Shown: positions 11,346-25,965, counted from the first letter of the stretch. The stretch: DNA of 64,000 nucleotides from Amphiscolops sp. MND2022 (GCA_964187785.1 OZ076413.1:45262001-45326000); one strand, 5' to 3'. The notes: generated from the letters alone by a model not told the origin. Program-made: numbers and translations.

Positions 11346-11524
11346 TGGAATCCGTTTGTTCGCCTAACATGACATTTTCTCAATTAATAACCATTTGGTG
11401 AAATTTTGATAGACGATATGGATTGTTCCCATTTTGTTTCCGATTTTGTTTCACAGTTTGTAAATCTGAGATTTTTACAAACTCTTAAGCCTTATAACTC
11501 GCACAAGCGAAACAAAATATAGTA

Positions 11525-11990
11525 TACAAGACGCCCGCTAAGCACTGGGATATTTTCCGCCTTCTTCGCCTTCACCAACTGAGCCGCAGCATTTTGGGAG
11601 GGGGAAATAGGATTTAAAGTATTTGATATAAAATTTAGTGATTTTAGATCTTATTCCTTTTAGATATTATTCACGTCCTGATATTTTAGATCTTACTCCT
11701 TTTAGATCTTATTCCCATTTTTACTTTAGATATTATTCCCCCCTCTAAGCTGTTTTAGTTACTTACTTGACTATTTTAGTTACTAGTAACTAAAATAGTC
11801 AAGTAGCTATATAATATAGTCAAGTAGTTAAATCGAATGAGGACCTCGGAATAGATTTGGCAGAATTTGGAAAAAAACGTAACACAGATCATGATTTTCC
11901 TCCCCATTATATGTGGGCGGAAAATGAAAAGTTTCAAAGAATATTGTCTTCTGGTTTCTTTACAGTACTCTACAAAGTCCCAAAACAAAC
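11525..11990 (-). repeat. Dispersed non-coding repeat (partner at ~40955-41270 in the opposite orientation) containing TTTTAGATCTTATTCC-type short repeats
   Basis: caagacgcccgctaagcac and atgattttcct.cccattatat.tgggcggaaaa are reverse complements of sequence at 41070-41270. Confidence 0.6.
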
Positions 11991-12184
11991 TTTCTTTAAA
12001 CTACTTTGAACAAACTTTCTTCCCATAGTGTCGAGAAAAGCGTTTTTTTGTTGCACCGCGCAAACCCTGGAATCACATGTGCGTACAGGCATAAAATAGT
12101 TTTAATAAAATTGTTTAATTTAGTTGAATATATAGTTATTTTTTGGTTGTTGCTGAGATGTATTTTTCTCCTAAAAGCGCCTAC

Positions 12185-14812
12185 TGATATTATGCAAAAG
12201 ATCCAACAGTGCTGCTGTGTCTCAATATCATAACTAAAATCGAGAAATGGACTTGTTCTGACCACCCAAGCCCTCAACCTTAAAGGTGGATATATCATCT
12301 GGACACGCTTGTCTTGGGAACGGCATTGTTTCGTGGATCCTTCAAATGGATACTCTCTGGAAGCAATTGAGCCCTGTTCTGTGAGAAAAGCCACTGCTTT
12401 TGAGAATGGAAAGAAGTGTTTTCCACCGCTGCTTCGAGGAGCACAGTCCAAAACATGTTGTTCACTGAGGGCCATCAGCTTTTCTTGGAAAAATGGTTTA
12501 AAAGAGGGTATATTTAGGGTATAATTTTTTTACATTAATTGTGGTATTTTTAGAGTAATCAGGTGTTTTTGGAGAAAAACCCTGAACATAATGGGAATTG
12601 ACATGATTTTGATCTGGAAGTGGCATGAAATTCAATTTATTGATTTGGACATTGACGCATATCGCTGTGCTGAAACAGTTGATTCACATTGTATCCGGAA
12701 TATTCACATTGTATCCGGACTATTCACATTGTATGCGGACTATTCACATTGTATCCGGACACTTTATATCTTTTTGAGTCTTTTAGAGGAAATTATGTGG
12801 CTAGAATCGAAACAACGAAACGTTTGGGCGTTAGAATTATTCTGGAATTTGGATCTTTGAAAGTAAAAAGATTCCCGACGTTGAGTACAAATTCCATATT
12901 TTTGGTTGTAGAATAGGAAAAAAATATTTACTGGTGCTGTTATATTATACGGGTTCTGTGGCATGGGAAAAAGAAAAACTTTTTGGAAAAACTTTCTGCA
13001 ACTAAGAAGTGGCGGCAACTAATTGTAACTTACTTGTGTTCCTGTAGTGAACTGCTTCGAGAGCACCTATGGCCGAAAAGATGCCACCAGTGGCAGTGTA
13101 ACCTTGATCTTTGACCTGGGTCACCATCCCTCTTTGTCTCAGGTCAATACTCCGAGGACTGTTGGTCAAGTTGGAGAAACTGAAGTACCTTGAACCGCGG
13201 GGTTGCTCGATGAAATTATGAGAGACATATTTTAAATAAATTCTGGCATTTGACCGTACTTCATGAGAGTCATGGTGCGGTGTCATCCGATGATCACGGT
13301 GTGATTTTTAGTCAGCACGTTCATCATAAAACTCAGATCGTAGTAGTGGCTTTTTTAACACGATGCGAAGTGACTTTGAGTGATAATTGTCTCTGAGCAT
13401 ATTCAAAAGACTCTGTTGTTTTGAGTCTTAAACTGGGAGTCGATTTGGGCCGCTCCCTAATTGTTTAGTACGAGCGATGAAATTAGAAGTCATAAGACAA
13501 TAGGATTGGAGACAAATTTTCGCCATTAATGACAGATGCGCCAATCAGTAGAAAAACTCGCAATCACACGAGAAGAGGGCTTTTTGTCGTTTTTGAAACT
13601 TGAAAGGCACGAGTTTCGACAACAAAATGAAAAAAGTCTCTTCAAAATGAAAAATGAAGAAAGTTTCGACAATGTCAAAATGAAAAATGAAAAAAGACAA
13701 CCAAAATGAAAAATGAAAAACTTTTTCCAAAATGCAAAGGATTCATAGATCTTTCCTCGAGAAGATTGGTAGTTTTATGATATCAGAATTAGACGGACAT
13801 TTTAGAAATTAGAATGTACGCATTCATGCAGCATGTAAATTGTTTATTCCTTCGGTACAATTTAAATGTAAATGTACAATTTGGCGACCCTGCCTTACGC
13901 CCATAGTGATTGGAACCGAAGCCATTGTCCCGAACATGATGGCTCGAAACTCGGAAGCGGTAAGGTCCCCGAACTTATTCATCTTCAGCTTGAACGATGA
14001 AGCATTGGCCTTGTACAATGCATTGTGCTCCGCAATCTGAAAATTAACTTCAATTATATTTTTGAAAAAAAAAGTATAACATTTTCAAATTAGACCACCA
14101 GGGAAACACTTCCCAATTTTTGATCAATTACGACTGAACATATTTCATTTATGCCTATTTATAACAAGACTCATAAAGAGACTGATCAAAGTTGGTTTCT
14201 GAAATGTTTTGACTTGGTAAAACTCCGTAAAGACTTGGATTATTTTTCAGGAAGCTTCTTCAATTAGAGATCTAATTTGGAAAGTCTGATTGTTTTGTAA
14301 AATTTCCTTAAGAGTCGATTCTTTGTGCAATTAAAATTTTGGCAGCGCTTTGAAAGACGCAAAACGTAAAATTACAATTCCTTTATTAAATATCTAATTA
14401 GAATTGGAATTCTAATTTCTCGTTTAGAGTTTCTCAGAGTTGTTGGAAGTCATATGACTAAAAGTTTTTTCTGCATCCGGTTCAAAACCAAAGATCGCTT
14501 TTGCCTAATTGCTAAAAACTTTTTCAAAACAACCAACAGATAATTTTACCAAGCCCAAAACGATTTTATTGACCCTAAAGTTTAATTTCAGAAGTTAACA
14601 GTTCTTACTTTCTGCATATTCTCTTGGAAAATGAGAAATCGCTCTTCTTCAATCATCTCGTTATCATAAATTCGTGCAGTTGATCTCAAGAACTTGATCC
14701 ATTCTGATGTGTAGCATCCGCCTTTATTACCAATCCCAAAACATGATGCGAACGTTGCGTCAACTTTGGTAGGTGTCAGAAACAATATAAGAATGCAAAA
14801 TGGCAATTTCAT
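12185..14812 (-). pseudogene. Cathepsin L-like (papain family C1A) paralogue 1, lacking the catalytic Cys; apparently frameshifted/truncated
   Basis: Exons 14812-14609, 14036-13899, ~13205-13034 and 12483-~12185. Signal peptide, ERFNIN (EEERFLIFQENMQKIAEHN), MNKFGD, IDLRQRGMVTQVKDQG, LSEQHVLDC. Frame break near 12220; final exon not found in the window. Confidence 0.8.
12681..12760. repeat. Minisatellite, 4 x 20 bp (TATTCACATTGTATCCGGAC), intronic
   Basis: Directly visible tandem units. Confidence 0.9.
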
Positions 14813-17250
14813 AGCTCAGGATTTGATAAAATGTCGAGGGCAGGCAAACTAATGTACAAGCAATCAGAATAAAGTGAATTAACGGGCTCAAAACTGGAAC
14901 GTAATTTCTAAATTGTCTCAGCTTCCTTTGATTGGTTAAGTTTGCCGACAGGAAATTAATCCCAATTTGTTCTTTGAGCGTTGCATGAAAGAAATTTCAG
15001 TTTCTGAAGAAAATTTAACAAACAAGTTTTCTTTTTGTTTGAAGGTTTGATTGAAAAATTTTATACAACTTTTAGCACTACCTTGGGTGGCATTTCTTGA
15101 AGAAATTGATTCTAGTTGGCGTTTAAAGCCACTTTCTATCAACTGTGTAACCTCAGATTTAAAATGAACTAAAAAAAGCTTTCGAAACCTTTCATGATAT
15201 GTTGAACTACAAAAATTGCCCCAGTTGCTTTTTTGGAACTTTATTAAAACTTTTTTCCCGCCAAAACTCCTGCCTTCTTTGGTTTTCTGACAAATTTAGG
15301 TAAGAAAACTGGTTTTAGACTAAAAAATACTTTGCTGCACGCAAACTGATAGCTGACGGTATCTCGATATTTTGAAGTTTTTAACAAGTTTGAGCTGAAA
15401 ATCGGCTTTTTCAAGAACTTCATCTGTGTTTTTTGGAATGGCGTTGGACATATAAACATAGTCACAATCGCGGAGGCTCAAAGCAAGCAAAGTTCATAAG
15501 CGTCGACGGGTTTGTCCGGCACTTTTTTACTACAGATACGAAGCATCAAAACATCTCAACAAATGAGTACCATGTACATTGAAGCTCCAGTCCAACAAGA
15601 TTGCATTTGGAATTACCACAAGAACCCCGCTAGAAAGTTGGGATGTAACCAGCAATGGAATTTAGGAGGCCTGATCTAGAAACAATTGTTTCGGTTTCAA
15701 CAGATGTGAACACCAACGTTGTTCATAAATCAGCGTCATAACTTTGAAAATGGTGAGTTGTCAGTCGACCGGGCTTGTCCCATTGAAACCTCGCTATCTC
15801 GTTCTCCACACCTCACCATTTTCAAAGTAGAGCAGCTTGCTCATTCTCGGCCCGGTTTGGAGCCGTAGAAAAAAGTGTGCTGCCATGTGTAAGCTGATTT
15901 GAAAGCTCGAATACACAGAAAAAGCCGGTTTATTTTCAGTGGTTTTCACACTGCAACGTTTGCTGTGAAATGAAAAGAAAACAGAAGCACACAAAGTAAA
16001 TTCAGCGCTTTACGATGTCTGCAGGCTCCACAGAAAAAATTGATACAATTTCCATTAAACAGTTCTCGAGTTTTAATAGAAAGTACCTATTAGGATTTGA
16101 GACAAAAGCAATGATTTCTGTCAGAGCTTTTTCAATGTGTTCTTCCGTTGTTTTGTTGCCTTGGAGATGAAAACATTTCTCGAGAATCACGAAAACTACG
16201 AAAACTGCGACAACTGGAAAAGTCTGGAACGAAGGCTGATAACCCGTTCTGTGAAGATCAGGGAGGCCCGCTGCACCAGGATTATATTTCCAGTTTGGGG
16301 TTCCACGTGGCAGAGGAAGATGTGAAGATACGATCGATGACTTCATACCCCAGCACATGGCGGCAACTTCGTGCTTGCTCAGAGACTGTGCAGTTTTACT
16401 TTTCGGAGGAAACTCAAACTGTCTGATTCGAGTCAGGGTTTTTTGCATTTTTTGCAATTTTATGGAGATAACAGGAAGCCCCCAGGTAATGGTGAACGAA
16501 ACGCAGATTTTGATGCGTCGGGTTTTCGTCTATTGTATTACAACAGTTCTTGCTGTGTAATTGGCCAAAAATAAACAAAAACCAGCTCGAAAACTTGGTT
16601 GTTCTCTACTTAAAGTTTTTAATGTTATCGATTCAACTGTAATTTACTGTTAAACCTCGTGGCAAATGATTTGTTTTCTGTCAGAGCGACTACGGTTGTG
16701 CTAGTCAACAACCTGTTAATCTCTACTTTCACATTTGAGTGAAGTTGAATGGTAATAGCTGCAAGCGCTCTGCAACACTGACGTTTTGTGGCTCTGATAC
16801 AAACAATAGTACTCTGAATCATGGAGAGGGGCGTCGAAAACAAAGAAAAACAGTAGTTTTTTGGTAGACGAGGCTAGTTCATTGAACAATTTTCTAAATC
16901 TTTAAGTTTCATTAATCAAAATCAGCGATGCGTGTCTTTTATGGCACCCCAGGCTTCTGACGACAACAGACAGATGATTTTTCGTCGTAATTCCAACAAA
17001 GTCCTGGCTTTTTGTCTCAAACCTGTGTTTATCGACTACAAACTGTCGGCTCTAGTTCAGAGAAAAACGATAACTAAAAGTTTTGTTGATGATGAGATGC
17101 TTGTAAAACCGGATGAAGGTATCAATTGTGCAGCTTGAGACTGTATCTTTTCTAGAATAAGTAGAAAACTTATCGGGGTTTTTCTGATGCATTAATTTTT
17201 TGACGATCAACAGCTCTGATCCATGTCTTTTTGGCGTGATATGAATTATG

Positions 17251-19357
17251 TGTGATACCTGTGAGGACTTAGGTCACCAGTGCACCTAAGGTCAAAGGCA
17301 GACATAGAGTCATTCTTTGTTAATTTTCTATTTAACCCATTTGTTTCCTCAAAATATATTGATTGTTAGTGGACGTTCCAGACCCAGTGTCTCCTAGTCC
17401 AGAAGACAGCAAACCCATAATAGTTTATATCCCTGGGATCCTCTATCACTGATCGCAAAATCGATCGTTCTATTTATCTGCGCCTGCATGATGATCATGA
17501 GTGAATCAATCACGTGAGATAACCTGAGATTCACTTCCCCTGATAACGTTTCCAAAAACTCCAAGGATCTTTCTGACCTAGTGGTTTTACCCTTACTGCC
17601 AACGTTTCTAGTCTCCTCATAAGAAGGGTGAAAAACAACCTCAGTGTCGTTATGACAAACTAAGCCGTTGATTGAATTAGCTGATTCTCTCAGAAGAGAT
17701 AATTTTTCGATCATCGAGCAACACGTCAGTGTTATCATAACCGGACAGTATTTTCATTTCTCTATACCTCCTGCTTTAGCTTTTTGTCTTTTTGTCTTCG
17801 AATCAACCATTTCGAGAGATTTTTTATTAGTTTCACAAATTGTCTTTCGAGGTACTTGCAGCCTGGGTATTTATACTCATAGCAACGACACATCCAATTT
17901 TTAGTTCATCATGTTACTTATTTCGCTCCTTGATCTATAAATAGCAACAGCGTCCTCTCTTTTAGCCAAATAGTTATGTGATTGCTTATTCGCAAAGCGT
18001 AACAATGAATGGAACTACTGGTCCAACGTATTTAGGTCATCAACCAATCATTTGTATAAGCTACATCAACACTACATGTATTTACCAGGTGAATGTACTT
18101 TGCCATGTTGGTCCCATGGGACGTGGGTCCAATTTCATGTAATTAAGAAAGTGATGGAGAAAATACCCCAGTTTGTATGAAATAGACACTGAAACGGCAA
18201 TACAGTATAAGCAAAGGGATTTTGGCTGGTTTGATTAACTTAAAAGTGGATTTACTTGAACATAGTTTAAAACATTTATTTCAAGTATTTCTGATAGCAC
18301 CTTCACCTTTTTATCAAAATAATGCCATGACCAGCCCTCTGCCGTAACCCTGCATTAAATTTCCGTCCTCAAGGGCTGTTGTCCTTGGACAGCGAATTAC
18401 GTCAGCACAATAGCACATTTGAAACTGTAACACGCCTTACAAGGTAGATGGCCTCGTGCGGTCTGCCGTCGTGTACCTTACTTGAAAAATTATTCCTCGT
18501 ATCTGGTGAAATTATATCAGCGCATAGGAATTCATGTACCCGCAACAATAATCCAATGTACAAATACCTCTGAATGTAAGGTCGAAATCGGCCATTAGGA
18601 ATGTTTTGGCTAGTTATACTTGAGAGCACAGTTTTCACATATAATATACCATGCCTACATGATATTTTATATGTTTACTGTTTTTATATTCAATGGCGTT
18701 TGGCCATATGGGCTAATTTCAACATACTAGTAGACAGCACGTTTACACTTGAACAGTTGTTTTGTTGTTTTAGAGGAAGGGGTTTAGATCTCATCAGCCA
18801 GGTGGCCAAAGACCTTTTTTTCCAGCATATAATTAAAAAGGTGATTTGAATAATGGCTGCTAGTTTCCATTAAGGCAGTTGGTCCTTTATCAAATGAACA
18901 TTTCAAACTAAGACCGGATACTGGCATAGCCTTAGCTAGCCGTATAATTGTATATGAGCAGCACCTTTAACTATATGAATACAGCACTCTGATTGGTCAA
19001 TTGTAACTTAGACTGGTAGTCCGCCACGCCAAGCGAGAAGACATTTGAACACGATGCCTTCTGGCATTGGTGTCTAACACTAGTACTCTTTTCTTCATAA
19101 CGAATACAGCGCATGAAACAGAAACATCAAAGTTTTGTATTAATGAGACATTGTCCAGTCGAGCGCTGTCTGCTGCCAGGCTGTCTACGGCGCATGGCCG
19201 TACTCGACCATTGAATTACAGCTATAGTAAATGAATGTATTTACTATACTGCATTTTGATTGTTTGTGTACATTTTGGGCTGCTAGTCTAATGCGCCAAG
19301 CATTTTAATTTGTTTCACTTTAAATATACAGTACCAAATAATGAATAAAACATCACA
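17251..19357 (-). mobile_element. Degenerate solo LTR (~2.1 kb) related to element A, retaining Gag N-terminal coding remnants
   Basis: Termini TGTGAT...ATCACA. ORF 17394-17738 (LSGEVNLRLSHVIDSLMIIMQAQINRTIDFAISD) matches the LTR-encoded Gag of A (LSSELNSRISREMDEMMNSVSVQIQRAISEAISN); no clear TSD. Confidence 0.65.
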
Positions 19358-21072
19358 GGTGGCAACCTGGCACATAAGGACATTCAAAAAATTTTTAAAA
19401 ATATTTTGTACTCGCATTTTCCTGTTGCACCTAAGGAAGTGCTTTATCAGGACTCTGAGAGCAACTGACCAGTCTCGTGATGTGCTGTGTGCGTGCCCGG
19501 AGACAGTGCTCACTACCGTGCGAAAAGTTTTTGGAGCGGAGTACGCTCTTTTAGGTGCTCAGAAAAATTCAAAAATTGGAAACTTTCCGGCAGTTTTCCA
19601 AAATCACAATCCTTATACGTTTTTGATGGCATATCCTACTCTATTAGTTGCAAAATCTACCGCGCGCGATTCTACAACGACTATAAAAAAATTTTTCAGA
19701 AGCTGATGACATACAATAATGAAGAAACTAAAATAATTCAGAAACAACAAGGACGTAACAGATGCAAAAATCTTACCCCAGGTCCACAAAAACAGATATA
19801 CCCCGAAGTTTCAAAAATCCACTGAGGCCAAGAATTTTAAGTCAAGCTAGATGGTTTGACATTTTCGTAAGTTGGTCATTGAGTGACCAAGAAGTTCAGT
19901 AACTCAAACGAACGTTTGATATTAACGTTTGTATTACGCTTTCATTTTCAATCAAAGCCATCTCTTCATAAACATCTACGATAGCCTTGTTCAAAGTTGC
20001 AGGACGTAAAACTTCTATTGATTTCGAAGTTTAATTGTTGTTTCAGTACAAGCAAATTACAAAACATGAAACCGGAAATCTTTGACATCAACTTGAATGA
20101 AATATCTTTCAAAAGAAGTAAAAACGTTTTCTTTTACAAGTTAGTGTAGAAGTTAACAACTGATTCCATATTTTGGTTAATGGTTATTGCAAGCGTTTGA
20201 AAGATACATTTTTTTCAGGTCACAGACCGATGGACGTTTAGTCTTCTACACGTTTTCGAAAGATTTGACACAATAAATTTTTTAGGCAGTTTCCTCTAGA
20301 GAAGACGGGTATTGGAAATCACTGAAAAACTAGTCAGTCAGTATCATGAAAGAGGCTTGGACAAAATTTGATTTCACCGATCGAAGTCCGGATTTCATGA
20401 AAAGGGCCAGAAAAATTGAAAACCTAAACGACAATGCACAACAAAAATCTTTCAGGAGATGGTCTCTTGAAGAGGCTTGACTCGCCATTGTTATTTAAAC
20501 TGTCGAAACGCTACAACTAAAGCGCATTAAGAGAACAAAAATAACCTTTAAAAATACTCTTTAAAACGTGTATGAAACGTCTATACATGTTACACAAGTC
20601 TGGGAAACGGTGGGGCTTGGGTTCGACAAATGAAAAAAGTTTAATTCACAATTCTGCGTAAAAAGGACAAATGAAAGATAGCATTTTCGAAAATGATTCT
20701 CTACTTGGATTGTCAACCGGTTAGAAGAATGTACAGACTATACTTGGCGATTTCTTTAGCTTTTTGTCATGTGTTCTCGTCGTATGGCCCGTTTTGTGAA
20801 CTTGAAGGGTCTCCTTTGGGGTTTTTCGGCATTAAGAGACCGGAAAGAAAAAAGTTCCGAAATTTTTTCAAAAAATGGCTTCTCGAACTAGGGTAAAAGC
20901 ATGGGTTTTTTGAGTCTTTTGGGTATCTTTTCGGGTGTTTTATGGTACTCTAACAGTGAAAATTTTCACATTCCTGTCCCTCTGCATATTCAAAACACAT
21001 TGCTTTTTTTAACTTTGAGCAGGGCGTCGACTTGTCCTTATTCCTGCTTTTCTCCGGCTCCAATGTTCTTTC

Positions 21073-21769
21073 TGTAACGTCCAGCAACCAATGACAAAAT
21101 TTCGATGAAAAATTCGAAAATGTGCGACTATGTACAAAATCAAAATGACCGAGCTAGCAGGTACGTGAAAACAGGCGGGAAGACAAAAAAGACAGAGAGA
21201 CCTAGAGAACCGAAAAGAACACACCCAGAGACAAGAAGAGATACGTCAGAGAAGGAGAAAGCATTGTATTGTGCTGTCTAACCCAGAGAAATGTCTCAGA
21301 AGACCCAGGAGAAAGACGTAACCTTTCGAAGGTTTGCTCCAAGAATCCAGAAACCTCCATGAGAATGTACTGATTTTGAATAAACCCATTATTTTGAATG
21401 TTGTTTCATAGATAGGTGACGGTACAGGATCTACTAGATCCTTGTTTCCCTCATTTTAGATACTATTCATCTAATAGAATGTGTCTTTGCTAAACAGCTG
21501 TGTGTGGACCTCGGGAGTATCTAGAACGTCGCAGGAATCTTAGGATACGTTTTTCCAGGCTTGTAGGACGTGTCCGGACTTTGAGTGTGCCGGCATGTCG
21601 CCACGGAGCTCTAATTTGAGGAGTCTCCCTAGACGTACGAAAAAATCCCTTAGGAGACCTTTAGGGACTAAAAACTAATGTTTAGGCTAGCTATATGACT
21701 ATGGTCTTCTGTCTAGGCAACTTAAGCATTGTCCCAGTTCTATATGTGCGTCACTAGCTTGACGTTACA
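21073..21769. mobile_element. Probable solo LTR (697 bp)
   Basis: Perfect 9-bp terminal inverted repeat TGTAACGTC...GACGTTACA, internal AATAAA (~21379), flanks TTTC/TTTA; 21520-21680 recurs inverted within the 61-62.5 kb duplication. Confidence 0.65.
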
Positions 21770-21944
21770 TTTATTTGGATAATCCTGTCCATTTCCAAAA
21801 TATTTGCAATTCTGATTGTTATAAGTAGTTAGAAATGTTTCCGTTTGCTGTTGGTCTCCGCGAAGAAAGTTGACATGCTTTCATTTTCACCTGATTGTTG
21901 TTAACATCTATGTATCGCTCTCAAAGCTTTTAGTTGTCAAAGTG

Positions 21945-22383
21945 TTTTTAGTCGGCGCATTTTTGTAGAAAATGTGCCCGACTATTACAGTGGGTAGTTT
22001 TTTTTAGACACGAAAGGTCCACTTTTTTGTGGTCAACTTTGTCCCTCGAAAACACACCTTAGCCCCACTTTTTTTCAGCACTTTTTTTGAAGTTTTTGGA
22101 TTGCACCAGAGGGTCCCCCCTTCATTTGTTTCGATATTTTGCAACACAATGGATGTCAAAAATCGCAAAGGGCCCGCCCTTTTACATTTTTTGGCACTGT
22201 GACACTGTTCAAAAATCTCATTAAAAAAATTTTTGGGAAATTTTTTCATGTCTCCAAAGGGTCCCCCCTTCAATTTTTTTCAAATTTTTTGCAACCAGCT
22301 GGAGCTTCACAAAGCCCGAAGGGTCCCCCTTTTAAATTTTGAGCCTTAGATATGGCGCCGACTTTGGCCGTTCTCGGCTTGTT
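21945..22383 (+). mobile_element. Non-autonomous Helentron/HINE (DINE-1-like) element
   Basis: 5' TTTTAGTCGGCGC, 3' subterminal inverted GCGCCGACT then GCCG-ttct-CGGC hairpin and TTGTT; internal GGGTCCCCCCTT repeats. Confidence 0.7.
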
Positions 22384-24980
22384 GAACTTTGAATGCTGTA
22401 TCACTTTTCGCGATGAAACCTAGCTTTCCGAATATTGCGCATTATGCCTACTTCTTGGCATTTTTGCCTTCTAGACCAATTCGTTGCGCTGCATCTGTTG
22501 CAATCTCGTTTTTGTGAAAGTGTTTTGCTTGGGTTTCTAGTTGATCCTGGAATTGCCGTTAATATTGTCATTTTTGATAAAAATAAGTCCAGGCTCTCTC
22601 TTTTTTATAGATCTGTTGTCCTCATGATAGCTGCGTTTACCATTAATATGTCTTATGTTTTGTGTCGTGTTGCTTTCTTCGCCAATAGTTAGCAGGATGC
22701 CGAATGAATTTTTTGTAGTTGTACTGTATTATATTACCGCTCGATTTTCAAGTTAAAAACAAACTATTATATATCTTTTGCTCACTATCCTCTCAAATCT
22801 AAAATTTTTTCTAACTGCAACTCGAAATAGTGTGAAGAATAAAAAAAACACAACTGTGCATAACAAAAAGGTCATCACTCTACAGCAAAATTTGAGATGA
22901 AGCTTAGAGAATGGTTCCAACAGACGTGGAAAGAGATACAATGTATTCATCCTTAGTTCCCATATATTGGCTTCAAATTGCATGGAAATCGTTCTATAGT
23001 AGATTACTTCGAATTGTGTAGTCAAAAAGCGTGATTAAGTATGTAGTGACTCGTTTACAACTTTGCTTAGGAAAAACGGACCCAGTGGGTGCGAGCCATC
23101 AGAGCGAGAGAAAACTTGAAAGTTTCAAAACATATTGCAACCGATGGTGATGTTGAAAAGAAAACTCAAATGAAGAATTTCCGAAGAGTTTTGCACATTG
23201 ACATAGCAAAAGGTAAAAGCTTTCCCAAAATTACCGCGCATGGTTTAATGGCTGAAGGTAATACGCATTTACACGAAAGTGTTATTAGGCTTCCCATGGA
23301 AAAATCTTTTACAATTGCACTTCTAATCAGGACGTGGGTTCGAGTCTCGGACTTGACCAAAAATCTTTTTATGTTTGTTATTTCGGATTTGTGAGAATTT
23401 TCTTCGAAAACTGTTTAATGTCTTCGAAGGATCCACCTTTCAATTTTTTGATATTTTTCAAACTTCCGGACTTTCAAAAAGCCCAAACGATCCCCCTTTT
23501 ACAAGGTCCGCCATTGTGAGATTTTTAAAAATCCCCCCCCCAAACAGTCAGTGAAACCACAGAATGTGGGCAAAAGTTGTACTCCAACAGAAACATTGCT
23601 GTGCTGTAAAAAGAACACCTGGAAAAAGCAAAAAAGCTCGAAATACTGAGGCAGTGAAAGGTAAAACGTTGGAGAAAATGGTTCCGGCTATAAACGATGC
23701 AGAGGAAACAAATGAATTTAGAACTCAGTAAACCAATACATTTCTCTGCAGCAAAAGACTACCGAAAAACTACTCTACCCAATGAACGAAGAAAACTGTG
23801 GAAGCAGCTGTCTCGCCAAAAACCTGATAAACTCGAATATAACAAAAATTTTTCACTGATAGACCCTTCGAAAGCTGATAAGAATTTGATTCGCTGCTGT
23901 TCGAATAGAGATGCCATCCAGAATATGCAGTAGGAAAGAAAGGCTTCTCTGAACATATGGATCAATGAATGAAAGTAAAAAATAAACATTCACATTTATT
24001 ACAGTTGCTAATCTATTTTAGATCACATTACATGTAATATTGGTTTCTGTATCAGATAGATCGTACTTATTTAATTAGTTGCGAAGGTGTGATAGTGGTC
24101 AAGTGACTTCACCATAAATTTGAAGGTCAAGAGCAAGATTCTGTGAATATGTATTGAAATTTCTGCTAACACCATGATCATCATCCTGTTATTAGAAGCA
24201 GTTCGCAGAGGACGGTCTAGCAAAAGATATATATGTTCGAAAAATTCAGTCGTCGGGAAAATCTACTTTTGTCTTCAACACTTCGATTGACTAGAGGTGT
24301 TTTGCCATTGCATTTTTTTGGTCGCGATGTCACCACGCTTAGGTCCATTTCTTTCAAAAACGTTTTTTTTTCGGGTTTAATTTCCACCCAAAAACTATCT
24401 AGTTCCTTGGCAGAAAATGTAGACTTTTTTTAAAATCCAGTGATCTTACAAATTTCTACAAAACATTTCTATAACTTCAAGTTCATATGCATTTCAGTAA
24501 ACCATATGCCACTCGGCCTAGGTGTATGTCTGTTTGAATCCTGTGCTGGACCAAAAAATGATAAGTTTGGTGGGTACCTAAAAATAGTGTGGGAAACTAA
24601 CAAACGGGATGAACGTGCGGGACCTAATTTCATTGAGTCAAATGGTATCCTTTAATTTCTCATGTTTTCAAGGGATTTAAGGGTCTTCTTTTAAGTATTT
24701 TTCGCACTATGGAAAATTTTCATGTTTCGAGATAAGAAAAGCTGTTGATGAATATACCACACTTTTTCGAATTTTCGCCACTTGTTTTCAGATTTTCGCA
24801 AAAGTAAACAGATCATAAGATACCCCTTTGGGGTTTTTTCGCCGCTCTCCATCTTTCTTTCGGAAGAAATTTATTTATTAAAAAACTAAGTACCCCTTCC
24901 TCTTTTGAAAAGTACGATTCGTAAAAAGAGTTTTGTCAGCCTAAACGATCTTCTTGAAATTTTTGGTTCGAAAAAATTTG

Positions 24981-25965
24981 ATTTGTTCAAGGTTTTTTTT
25001 CAAGTAAGCTTTCGCAGAAAAGCTTTTCAAAACAATAAAAAAGAGTGGCAAGGATACTACTCTAGTTTGGAAGAAATTGAAATCACAAAACATGTTATTC
25101 TTGCAAAACCATGAAAAGCTTGATGATGATACATTAGATTTTTGCGAGACATTACAGTTATGATAACGTAGTCAAAATCTCAACCAATTGCCGAAAAATA
25201 TCGTTTTCAACAGTTTTCGTCCTGTTATGTCCAAAATAATGTACGCCTCTGATCAACTTAGGTTCGTTCGGCCTAATTCCAAAGTCTCCATCGCGTACAA
25301 ACTTAAAGAAGAATATATGAATATATATTTTCCAATGTACATTGAGACTGTGTTTCAAATGTCTGTTCTTTTCTACACATATTAAGGTTTCAGGCGCTAG
25401 TACTGAACTCACACATCAAGTGGTATAATTCTGTCTAGTACTTGCATTTTCGGGGACTTGACATTTAAGAAGTGAATCTATCTAGCTGTCTCTATTCAGA
25501 CTAAAGTAAATTACCAAAACTGAGGTGATGTGACTGGAGCAAGATTTCTGTCGATTCTATGAGATCTGTAGATCCTATTCAAACATCTGAAGAAAAAAGT
25601 GAATAACCTGTAACAGTAAGTGAGAATAGGGACTAGCGGAGGTGATCATTCGGCGATGTTGAATGGAGAAAACACAACGAAAAATCTTTTGGATACAACG
25701 AAAAATCTCAGTCGAAACATTCAAATATCGTGAACGTTTGATACTTTTCCCGCATATCTCATACAATTTCATTTGTTCAAGGTTTTTTTTCAAGGAAGTT
25801 TTCGCAGAAAAGCTTTTTCAAAACAAAAAAGTGGCCAGGATTCTACCCTAGTTTGGAAGAAATTGAAGTCACAAAACATGTTATCCTTGCAAGACCATGG
25901 AAAACTTGATGATGATAAGTTAGATTTTTGCGAGACATTACAGTTATGATAACGTAGTCAAAATC
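24981..25965 (+). repeat. Pair of ~200-bp direct repeats (24981-25179 and 25771-25965)
   Basis: atttgttcaagg...gataacgtagtcaaaatc present twice with scattered substitutions. Confidence 0.85.

Noticed and set aside
12681..12760. Regular 20-bp repeats as a possible CRISPR array
   Set aside because: No spacers; head-to-tail minisatellite in an intron of a eukaryotic gene
15480..16720. Coding-like stretch, possible old DNA-transposase relic
   Set aside because: No motif could be identified with confidence; frames are short and inconsistent
24981..25965. 200-bp direct repeats as TRIM LTRs
   Set aside because: No TG...CA ends, PBS, PPT or TSD; looks like a local duplication
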